Source: a virus
IMG/VR virus record: IMGVR_UViG_3300037483_000592
Length of the DNA: 48,041 nt
Direction: 5' to 3' (one strand)
Shown here: positions 7,513-14,673 of the stretch, in pieces
Numbering within the stretch: position 1 is the stretch's first letter
Layout: each line of letters opens with the position of its first letter
Translations under genes and position numbers: made by a program
The notes under the pieces: generated by a model
Databases searched by the model: none
The model's input: only the letters and a program-made list of their open reading frames with translations
Told to the model about the DNA's origin: nothing

Positions 7513-10500
7513 CTATTCTCCCACGTTCAACTTGCCCACGATGCCCAGGATGCTCATAGGCAGCGGCTGGTCTTGCACGATCATGATGCTGCCTTCCTCG
7601 CTGAACTTGCCCCCGATGGTGACCCGCTGTGCCCCGGTTTTCAGGTCCACTGTATCATAGCGGATGGCCTTGAGGCTGGCCTCGTCCGATCCGATCTTGC
7701 CCCCGCGGCTCTTGGACAGCAGCAGGAGGGCCTCCGGGATCCTCACCGGGGAGAAGTGCCCCAGGCGCTGGGTCCACATCTTGCCCGTGTAGGGCAGACC
7801 GACGTGGATCTTGGCCGCGTACTGGTCGATGGTGATGGCGCCGGCGGAAACCACTTCCTGGCCCAGCTCCACCCCGTCAGCGTAGACCGCCACCGTCTTG
7901 GCCTCCAGGTGATCCAGGCCAGAGAGGGCCTTCACAACCTTCTCCAGGAGTCCGCCAGACACGTATGCGCCCATCTCCGCCCCATCTGCGAAGGTAACTC
8001 CATCGGTGAGGTACAACTCGAAGGTGTTGGTCGTCTTGCTCTTCACCATGTAGCTGTTGCCGTTGAGCTGGGTCATTCCAACAATCCCGGTGATCCGCAC
8101 GAACTCGTCGTTGACGAAGGGATGGCCGTTGGCGGTGACCATGACCGGGGAACGCGCTTTCAGATCATCGAAATAGATGTATTCGCCAGCTTCTGCCGTT
8201 GACTGGAGTAACAGCAGGGCCGTGGCTGCGGTGGCGGAAGCAGGAATCGTCATTTCTGCCTGGATCGATTCCCAGGAATCCGACAGGGAAGCCGCCTGGC
8301 TGATGTAGGTCCAGGCTCCGGAGTCATAGTAGCCAATCCGCAGTACGATTTCGCTGGGGCTCGGGCCTCCGGCAGGCGGCACGTAGAACCGGACCGTCAC
8401 CTTGTACTTCCTGCCGGCAACAAAACCGTGAAGATCCGTGGTCAAGGCGTTGTCCACGAAGTACTGCCCGCCCGTGCTTCCGGATGCGGAGGTCTTGGTG
8501 AGCTTCATCGAATAGCTGCCCTGATAGGCTCGATCGGCGCTTCGGGCGCAGGTGCAGCTATAATGCGATTCCGCATCGTCCTGCACGTGGGGAATGTCCA
8601 CCGACTCGCAATCGCCGTGATCCATCAGCGGATAGCTGGCCGCCCCGTTGACCAGGTCCTGCGTGGCGCTGTAGTCGTAGATCTTGCCGCAGTCCACGAA
8701 GTGGTAGTCCTTCTCGTCGGAGGGCCGGCGCTGGGGCTGCATGTACTCGATGTACTGCTTGGTGACGCCGTTGATCACCCGCTGCACGCACAGGTAGATG
8801 GTGTCCTCGCCGTTGGAGGCGTCGCCGGAGACGATGGCCAGGCTCTTGATGATGCCGTCCCGCGGATGCCGGCCCCAGGCCACGATGCTGTTGTTGCGGT
8901 CCAGGGTCAGGGAGGCGAGCTCGCCGGTCCCCAGGCGGGTCCACAGCATGGAGCTGGGGGAGCGCTGCCAGGCGAGCTCCTGGAAGCCCAGCTCGCCGAT
9001 ATGGTCCGCCAGCAGGGTTAGATCCGGGGAGACGTAGCCGCCCCGCTCCTGGCTGTACAGGAACTCCAGCAGCCGCTGGCCGCCCTTCTGCACGTAGAGC
9101 AGCGAGGCATTGGCGAGCACCGCGCAGATCTCCGCGCTGCCGTTGCCAGACACGCGGTCGGCAAAGACGTTGGATCCAGTGATGGGAGCATCCCCGCCGG
9201 TCAGAAGCCACTCGCCCAGTGTGGTGCCCACCACGACATTATGGGCCTTGGTGCGCATCCAGATGATCTCTTCCAGTACGTCAGAGGCGAGGCTGTATTC
9301 AAACCCGAAACTGGCATCCAAAGAATCGAGAGTGAAGTCCTGCGGCCATCCCGTGCGTGAGCCCCAAACTGTCCCATCTCTTGCGACTAGTAGTCTCTGA
9401 TCGTGGAACGTGAGAGCCTGCGGAAATCGCGATGCCCAAGGCACGGGTTCCCATCCGTTCACAACAAAAGCACAATCCTTGGAAGCGCCGGCAGGCAAAT
9501 CTGCCGGATTCGATAGCTTGGTGAATGTATCGCCCGCGTGTTTGTAGATCGTTACATAAGGCGTGGTGCCGGAAACAACGGCAAGATAGTTATCACCAGA
9601 AGAGAAGGCACATGATTGTCCAGCGGCTGGACCCGCGGTTGGATCTGCCAGTTTAATGAATGAATCGCCGCTACGCTTATAGATTAAAACATATGGCGTG
9701 GCATTATGAGCAACTGCGAGATACAGATTGTCCGACGAGAAACAGCATTGGTGCCCGCCATTAGGCAGACTTGCAGGATCGGATAGTTTGTTGAAGGCAT
9801 CCCCATCTCGCTTGTAAATGTAAATATACGGGGTAGTCAACGAAGTAATAGCCAAATAGTTTTCGTTGGGAGAAAAACAACCACCGGTCCCGCCGCCCGG
9901 AGGAATGGGTGAGGGATTCGGTAGCTTGGTGAAAATATCCCCATTCCGCTTGTAGATGGTTAGGAAGGGCGTGGTTCCATTCCCAGCCGCCAGATACGTG
10001 CCGCTATTAGAAAAGAAACAGCGTAAAGGAATACCCGGAGGAAGATCGGCAGGGTCAGACAGTTTTACAAAGGTATCGCCTGTACGCTTATAAATCAGAA
10101 TAAACGGAGTTGCGTCCGTGCAAACGGCAAGATATCTGGAATCCAGCGAAAAAGCACATCCCCTCACCAGAGCAGGAGGAAGATCTGTCGGATTTGCAAT
10201 TTTCTCATATTTCTCGCCACTTCTCTTGTAGATCGACAGGAAAGGCGTTGTGGCGTGTCCGACGGCGAGATAAACACCATCCTCTGAAAATGCACAAGCC
10301 TCGGCATTGCCAGTCGGCAAAGTAGTGGCATTCGGTCTTTTTGAGAAAGTATCTGAGCCATATGAATAGATAGTGGCAAATGGAGTCGTTGTATGCGCTA
10401 CCGCCAATGAAACATCTATGCCAGCATTCGATAGATTCCAAGCATAGTCGTTGAAAACCGCAAGGCGATGAAGCTGATAATCTGCATGAGCCAGGTAGGC

Positions 10501-10878
10501 TTTATTCTCCTGCTGCGCGATCTGTAGACCGAACAGATCGGCCGCCAGCCAGGGCGTGATGATCTCTAAGGGATTGCCCCCTTCAAGCAGCCGCGCCTTG
10601 TCCTTGTAGAACCGGCAGGCGAGCTCCGTGAGTTCGAGCACGTACTTCTCGCTCGAGGATTTCTCGAAGGGGATCAGCCGCACCGGGCTGGTGTTGGTCT
10701 TGGCCTCGCAAAGGAACACGGTGCCCGGGTCGAAGTCCAGGCCGCCCGCCGGGTGGAGGAGGAAGTTTTCCGATATGCGCAGGGTCTTGTCGTAGAGCGG
10801 GCTGTCGACCCGCGCCATGAAGCGGTCGGATACCTCGCCCCCCAGGAAACTGGTGTTGAACTTGCGTCCTTCGGCCAT
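7513..10878 (-). CDS. Mosaic tail tubular B/nozzle-like protein with inserted beta-propeller, CBM-like and FCCH-like domains (likely receptor binding)
   Basis: The protein is 1121 aa and sits directly downstream of the tubular-A-like gene. The core is interrupted by seven blade repeats (aa ~155-475), a jelly-roll-like module (aa ~750-908) and a small barrel (aa ~910-978). Confidence 0.75.
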   Translation of the reverse strand: MAEGRKFNTSFLGGEVSDRFMARVDSPLYDKTLRISENFLLHPAGGLDFDPGTVFLCEAKTNTSPVRLIPFEKSSSEKYVLELTELACRFYKDKARLLEGGNPLEIITPWLAADLFGLQIAQQENKAYLAHADYQLHRLAVFNDYAWNLSNAGIDVSLAVAHTTTPFATIYSYGSDTFSKRPNATTLPTGNAEACAFSEDGVYLAVGHATTPFLSIYKRSGEKYEKIANPTDLPPALVRGCAFSLDSRYLAVCTDATPFILIYKRTGDTFVKLSDPADLPPGIPLRCFFSNSGTYLAAGNGTTPFLTIYKRNGDIFTKLPNPSPIPPGGGTGGCFSPNENYLAITSLTTPYIYIYKRDGDAFNKLSDPASLPNGGHQCCFSSDNLYLAVAHNATPYVLIYKRSGDSFIKLADPTAGPAAGQSCAFSSGDNYLAVVSGTTPYVTIYKHAGDTFTKLSNPADLPAGASKDCAFVVNGWEPVPWASRFPQALTFHDQRLLVARDGTVWGSRTGWPQDFTLDSLDASFGFEYSLASDVLEEIIWMRTKAHNVVVGTTLGEWLLTGGDAPITGSNVFADRVSGNGSAEICAVLANASLLYVQKGGQRLLEFLYSQERGGYVSPDLTLLADHIGELGFQELAWQRSPSSMLWTRLGTGELASLTLDRNNSIVAWGRHPRDGIIKSLAIVSGDASNGEDTIYLCVQRVINGVTKQYIEYMQPQRRPSDEKDYHFVDCGKIYDYSATQDLVNGAASYPLMDHGDCESVDIPHVQDDAESHYSCTCARSADRAYQGSYSMKLTKTSASGSTGGQYFVDNALTTDLHGFVAGRKYKVTVRFYVPPAGGPSPSEIVLRIGYYDSGAWTYISQAASLSDSWESIQAEMTIPASATAATALLLLQSTAEAGEYIYFDDLKARSPVMVTANGHPFVNDEFVRITGIVGMTQLNGNSYMVKSKTTNTFELYLTDGVTFADGAEMGAYVSGGLLEKVVKALSGLDHLEAKTVAVYADGVELGQEVVSAGAITIDQYAAKIHVGLPYTGKMWTQRLGHFSPVRIPEALLLLSKSRGGKIGSDEASLKAIRYDTVDLKTGAQRVTIGGKFSEEGSIMIVQDQPLPMSILGIVGKLNVGE
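7945..8150 (-). other. E1 FCCH-like small beta-barrel domain (copy in nozzle protein)
   Basis: The sequence VTANGHPFVNDEFVRITGIVGMTQLNGNSYMVK...TFEL resembles the HGF..GD.V.F.EV.GM.ELNG motif of the ubiquitin-E1 FCCH domain. Confidence 0.55.
8155..8631 (-). other. Carbohydrate-binding-module-like (CBM4/9/22-type jelly roll) domain
   Basis: The sequence reads ...AYQGSYSMKLTKTSASGSTGGQYFVDN...GRKYKVTVRFYVP...EIVLRIGYYD...SWESIQAEMTIPA...GEYIYFDDLKA, a typical CBM-like pattern. Confidence 0.5.
9454..10416 (-). repeat. Seven tandem ~45-aa (~135-nt) blade repeats; predicted 7-bladed beta-propeller insert
   Basis: The unit YLAV..TTPF..IYKR.GD.F.KL..P..LP......CAFS occurs seven times. This DNA is visibly more AT-rich than its flanks. 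Confidence 0.75.
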
Positions 10879-10887
10879 GGCCTGCTC

Positions 10888-11694
10888 CTACATTTCCGTG
10901 ATCAGTTTCGAGCCCTTCTCCGGCTCCTGCCGGTAGCGCGCGTCCTGGCTGCGAGCCAGGGTCAGCAGCGCGCCGAACTCCTGGTCCAGCTCCTGCAGCT
11001 TGCGGGGGCTGGCCTTCAGGTCCGGGCAGGACACGGCCGCCAGGCGGGTGGCCACGGTATCAGCCAACAGCGGGGCGAAGAAGCGGAAATCCGCGAGGTA
11101 GCAGATATAGAGGATCTGCACCGTCTCGTCCGCGTAGTCGGTCAGCAGGATGTTGTGCTCTTCCACCCAGCTCCCGATGTCGATCCCGGTCTGGATCACC
11201 TTGATGCAGTCGTCCGGGAGCTTGAAGGCGTAGGAGTAGCCCCAGGCGGGGATCCGCCAGATCTTGCCGCCGGACGTCCAGACGCCAAAGCCGGTCCCGT
11301 CGACCTCCTCCGTGCCATCCTCGGTCCACAGCGCGAAGGTGTTGGCTGCCGCGGCCTTCACCATGTAGGAGTTGTCGTTGAGCTCGGTCATGCCGCCCAC
11401 GTCGGTGAAGGATACGATGTCGCCGTTCTCGAAGGCGTGCCCGGTAGCAGTGATCACCACGGGCTTGGCCTTCGTGGCGGCCTCCACCAGGTCGGTGTCT
11501 CGCTGCAGGACCGCTCTCTTGCGCGCGCACTTCCAGTCGGCGAGCTCCAGGACCTCATGCAGGACCTGCTCCCAGACCGCGTTGAAGGCGTTGGCTTCCT
11601 CGCAGTCCTCCGTGCCGGTGGACAGGCGTAGCGTGATCCCCAGCTTGGTCAGCGCCAGGTTGTAGATCCGGACCTTGGTTTCGTTCAGGTTCAT
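10888..11694 (-). CDS. Tail tubular protein A/adaptor-like (T7 gp11-type) with inserted FCCH-like barrel
   Basis: The protein is 268 aa. Its N-terminus (VRIYNLALTKLG...) and its position immediately upstream of the nozzle gene both fit this call. Confidence 0.6.
   Translation of the reverse strand: MNLNETKVRIYNLALTKLGITLRLSTGTEDCEEANAFNAVWEQVLHEVLELADWKCARKRAVLQRDTDLVEAATKAKPVVITATGHAFENGDIVSFTDVGGMTELNDNSYMVKAAAANTFALWTEDGTEEVDGTGFGVWTSGGKIWRIPAWGYSYAFKLPDDCIKVIQTGIDIGSWVEEHNILLTDYADETVQILYICYLADFRFFAPLLADTVATRLAAVSCPDLKASPRKLQELDQEFGALLTLARSQDARYRQEPEKGSKLITEM
11266..11466 (-). other. E1 FCCH-like small beta-barrel domain (copy in tubular A-like protein)
   Basis: ITATGHAFENGDIVSFTDVGGMTELNDNSYMVKAAAANTFAL is a paralogous motif to the one at 7945-8150. 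Confidence 0.55.
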
Positions 11695-11705
11695 CTATGC
11701 CGCCT

Positions 11706-11737
11706 TGGAGAAAGGGCCAGCCGTTTCCAGCTGGCCC
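11706..11737 (-). terminator. Candidate intrinsic terminator/attenuator after the capsid-decoration genes
   Basis: An 8-bp GC stem (GGGCCAGC/GCTGGCCC, 11714-11721 and 11730-11737) has an 8-nt loop. On the minus strand it is followed by TTTCTCC. Confidence 0.4.
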
Positions 11738-11765
11738 CCGATTCTCTTTTCCGCGGTGCGCCCGC

Positions 11766-12164
11766 TTAGTTCAGCACGATGCGGGCCAGCAGGCTCCCGG
11801 TCGTGTTCGCGGTCAGGGCGTACCAGTACAGCGAGATGTAGTCGTTCAGCCCCACATCCGGCAGCGGGACCTTGGCCACGATCCGCTGCGCCGGCGTGGT
11901 CGCCAGCGACAGCCGGGCCCCGGAGACGTCCGAGAAGATCTCCATCAGCTTGGTGTCCCCCGGGCTGGTGGAGCCGGTTTTCAGGTACAGCGAATAGATC
12001 TGCGCGTTGCTGGTGAACAGGCCGTCGGTCATCACCTCGATGAACTTCTTCTGGCCCACGCCCAGCTCGGTGATCTGGGCCTCCTTGAGCACCTTGCTCA
12101 AGGTCTTGCTGTTGGTCACCAGGTCGCCGGTCGCCGCGGTGAAAAACAGGTAAGCGTCGTCCAT
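11766..12164 (-). CDS. Possible capsid decoration/cement protein
   Basis: The protein is 132 aa with a beta-rich composition. It has a strong SD (AAGGAGGA) and lies directly downstream of the capsid gene. Confidence 0.45.
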   Translation of the reverse strand: MDDAYLFFTAATGDLVTNSKTLSKVLKEAQITELGVGQKKFIEVMTDGLFTSNAQIYSLYLKTGSTSPGDTKLMEIFSDVSGARLSLATTPAQRIVAKVPLPDVGLNDYISLYWYALTANTTGSLLARIVLN

Positions 12165-12193
12165 TTATTCGGTCCTCCTTAGACCTTTTGGCC

Positions 12194-13240
12194 TTACGCC
12201 ACCACGGCTTCGGTGTTCTTGATCGAGTCCCAGCGGTGCACCGGGATATCGCCCTTGAACATCAGCACGCTGCCGCCGGAGTCCAGCCGCACCCAGCGGA
12301 GGATATGCTCGTCGCCGAGATCCTTGGCCTGCTGCTCCAGCTGGATGAACCCGGTCTTGTTGACGTACAGCACCGCCCCCGCGCTGTCCGGCAGGTTGTG
12401 GTACAGCTCGATGAGCTTGTCGATGTCGATCGGGTTGGCCGCTGCCGTGCCGATGTTGCACAGCCGCTGGTAGTAGGCCTCGTCCATGATGCGGATGCCG
12501 TAGCGGAAATAGAACTCGGTCACGTAGGCCAGCAGATCCTTGCTGTTGGCGCCGGCCACCAGGCGTTTCCCGAGGTCCTCCTCCTTGATGATCTCGGTCT
12601 TCCCGCCGGCCGGATAGAGCATCGAGCACTTTTCCGGCCCCCAGCCCATCAGGAGCGCGGAGGTGACAGCGTTCGAGCTGGCATCCCCGTTGTTGGCGAT
12701 GTTCCCGCCCGCAAGGGTGGCCCGCCGCGTGGCGAAGCCGTCGATGTAGTTGGGATTGGCCACCGACCTGGTGGCGTACAGGATCTTGTCGCCCAGCCAG
12801 ATGGCGCCGCCCCGCAGGTGCGCGTCGTCCTTGCGCCCGCGGAACTCCATGCCGCCGCCCGGCTTCGCCTTCTCCGCGATCAGGACCAGCTCCTGGTCCA
12901 CGATGTTGCGATCCTCGTACAGAGTGATCGGCTCGGTGAGCTGGTCGGTCTTGCCGGAGGTGGCGTCGATGCCGTTGTTGATGGAGCGCATGTCGCCGTT
13001 GGGGAGGTAGGCGTCGCGGCCGAAGATGTCTCCGGTCGCCTGGTTAGCCTCTTCCCAGTGGGCATCGGCAAAGATCGGCGTGCGCTTGTTGTTGGACAGG
13101 ATCTTGGCGACTTCAAGGAACCGCTCCCCGCCGGGGAGGGTTTCCTGCGCCAGATCCAGTAGGGTGGTTTTCCCTGCCAGGTCCACGTCCGCAAACCACT
13201 GGATGTGAACCTGGTCCAGCTGTTTCAGGAATGGATTCAT
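12194..13240 (-). CDS. Major capsid protein candidate
   Basis: The protein is 348 aa from ATG 13240, with SD GAGGAG 7 nt upstream. The track start at 13255 is a TTG inside a hairpin. The gene is followed by a small strongly translated gene and a hairpin terminator. Size and composition fit an HK97-fold capsid protein. Confidence 0.65.
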   Translation of the reverse strand: MNPFLKQLDQVHIQWFADVDLAGKTTLLDLAQETLPGGERFLEVAKILSNNKRTPIFADAHWEEANQATGDIFGRDAYLPNGDMRSINNGIDATSGKTDQLTEPITLYEDRNIVDQELVLIAEKAKPGGGMEFRGRKDDAHLRGGAIWLGDKILYATRSVANPNYIDGFATRRATLAGGNIANNGDASSNAVTSALLMGWGPEKCSMLYPAGGKTEIIKEEDLGKRLVAGANSKDLLAYVTEFYFRYGIRIMDEAYYQRLCNIGTAAANPIDIDKLIELYHNLPDSAGAVLYVNKTGFIQLEQQAKDLGDEHILRWVRLDSGGSVLMFKGDIPVHRWDSIKNTEAVVA

Positions 13241-13249
13241 AGCCTTGCT

Positions 13250-13268
13250 CCTCAAACCAAGTTTGAGG
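13250..13268 (-). promoter_or_regulatory. Hairpin overlapping the capsid-gene Shine-Dalgarno
   Basis: The inverted repeat CCTCAAAC-nnn-GTTTGAGG is 8 bp. On the minus strand its 3' arm contains the first 4 nt of the SD GAGGAG (13248-13253). Confidence 0.4.
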
Positions 13269-13354
13269 AACGTCCGTCTGCAACAGAGGTTGCCCGTTGA
13301 CCGCCGCTTCCGATCCTCCCAGTCAGGTCGGCAGAAACGACTGTCGCAGGTTGG

Positions 13355-14659
13355 CTATGCTATCGCTTCGGGTTGCCCCTTTGACGCGGTATGACCTACG
13401 GCCTCCGCGTCTACGTTCTGCCTTACAGTATGTGAGCCATCGCCTCGCTCGTCAAGGTCCGGAATCAGCACGCAGGTCTGCCGCGGGTAGTCCGGATCCC
13501 GGATGAACTTCATGCTCATCTTGGCGCTGGAAATGCTCGCCGCGGCCGCCCGCTCCTGTTCCCGGTTCACATCATCGAACACCCAGGCAGTCCCCGGATG
13601 CCCCCAGCGGATGTACGCGGCCAGGGCTGGCGGGCTGGCCCTGCCCTCCACCGGACCGTCCACGATCACCAGGTCGTAGGGCGCAAGCGCCTCGATGAAT
13701 GGCGGAACGGGGTGATACCATTCGTGCGCATCCAGGGCGGCGCCAAAGGTCGTCTCCGCCGGCAATCCCGCTTCCCGCAGATTGGCTAGGTGCTTTTCGC
13801 CGTAGGGGCCCGCGTGATCCAGCGATAGGTATCGACTGCCATGCTCCAGGCACCAGGGCAGGATGGCGAAAGAGCTGGCCCCGGGCCCGAGCTCCAGGAC
13901 CTTCTTGGGCTTGCGCTGTTCGAGCAGCTGCAGGATGGCGTCGATCGCCGGCCGGCTCATGCGCCAGGCGTGATCGTAGCGGTCGATGAACTTCTCCAGC
14001 AGGTTCACGGGCGGGCCGGGGGCGCGGACCACCATCCGGATGTCGTGCCCGATGCGGACCGCGGGATGGGCCCAGATCTTGAAGCCCTTCGCCCGGATCC
14101 TCCGGCACCAGTCGATGTCCTCCCCCGGGAGGATCACGCGGCCGTCCTCTTCGTAGGGCACTTCTTGGAACCACGGGAAATCGAGGGTTTCGAACACGCC
14201 GCGGCGCACCAGCAGGAAGGCGAAGCCGCAGAAATGCCAGTCGCGCATGGGCGCGTTCTGGGGTAGCGCGTTGAGGTTCACGTACTTGCTCAGGGGCCCC
14301 TCGACCAGGCCGAAGGCTCCGGCAGCTCCCTCCGCGTTCATCGGGACCATGCCCGTGATGATGTCCTTGTCCGCCTCCAACAGGCGGAAGAAGTCCTGCG
14401 GGGTGTACACGCTGTCGCTGTCGATCCACATCATGAAGTCGTACGGACGGCCTCCGAAGGGCTTGGCTTCCTTCCGGGGGCCTGAGACGCCTTCCTCCAG
14501 GATGTTGTTGCGACAGTGGGCGACGCTCGAATTGTAGCCTCGAATGACTTCCAGCTTCAGGCCGTGCTCGGGCCGGGAGGCTTCCCGGACCAGTGCATCC
14601 CAGCTCATGGCGGCCTGCAGCGTGGGGGCCCCAGGCAGGCAGAAGATGATGTGCTTCAT
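13355..14659 (-). CDS. Glycosyltransferase (GT-A fold) fused to class I SAM-dependent methyltransferase
   Basis: The N-terminal half has the DXD-type motif MWIDSDSVYTP and GEDIDWCRRIRAKGFKIWAHP. The C-terminal half has SAM motif I (VLELGPGASS) and LVIVDGP. ATG 14659 is preferred over the track start at 14692. Confidence 0.7.
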   Translation of the reverse strand: MKHIIFCLPGAPTLQAAMSWDALVREASRPEHGLKLEVIRGYNSSVAHCRNNILEEGVSGPRKEAKPFGGRPYDFMMWIDSDSVYTPQDFFRLLEADKDIITGMVPMNAEGAAGAFGLVEGPLSKYVNLNALPQNAPMRDWHFCGFAFLLVRRGVFETLDFPWFQEVPYEEDGRVILPGEDIDWCRRIRAKGFKIWAHPAVRIGHDIRMVVRAPGPPVNLLEKFIDRYDHAWRMSRPAIDAILQLLEQRKPKKVLELGPGASSFAILPWCLEHGSRYLSLDHAGPYGEKHLANLREAGLPAETTFGAALDAHEWYHPVPPFIEALAPYDLVIVDGPVEGRASPPALAAYIRWGHPGTAWVFDDVNREQERAAAASISSAKMSMKFIRDPDYPRQTCVLIPDLDERGDGSHTVRQNVDAEAVGHTASKGQPEAIA

Positions 14660-14673
14660 CCGAGCGCTCGGAT
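14658..14673. repeat. 16-bp perfect palindrome ATCCGAGCGCTCGGAT (copy 1)
   Basis: It spans the gap between the stop of the 416-aa gene and the ATG of the GT-MT gene. An identical 16-mer lies at 34456-34471. Confidence 0.9.

Noticed and set aside
6294-8202. Plus-strand ORFs 6294..7151 and 7195..8202, and minus-strand ORF 6455..7489
   Set aside because: They are shadows of the convincing minus-strand genes 5244..7067, 7075..7503 and 7513..10878. Their composition is implausible.
10753-13162. Plus-strand ORFs 10753..11631, 11697..12182 and 12188..13162
   Set aside because: They are antisense to the tubular-A-like, decoration and capsid genes, with an L/R/G/H/V-rich shadow composition.
13279-13295. 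Sigma54-like element GGCAAC-n-TTGCA (minus strand) upstream of the capsid gene
   Set aside because: The spacing between the GG and GC dinucleotides is one nt longer than the strict -24/-12 consensus. No activator gene is evident.
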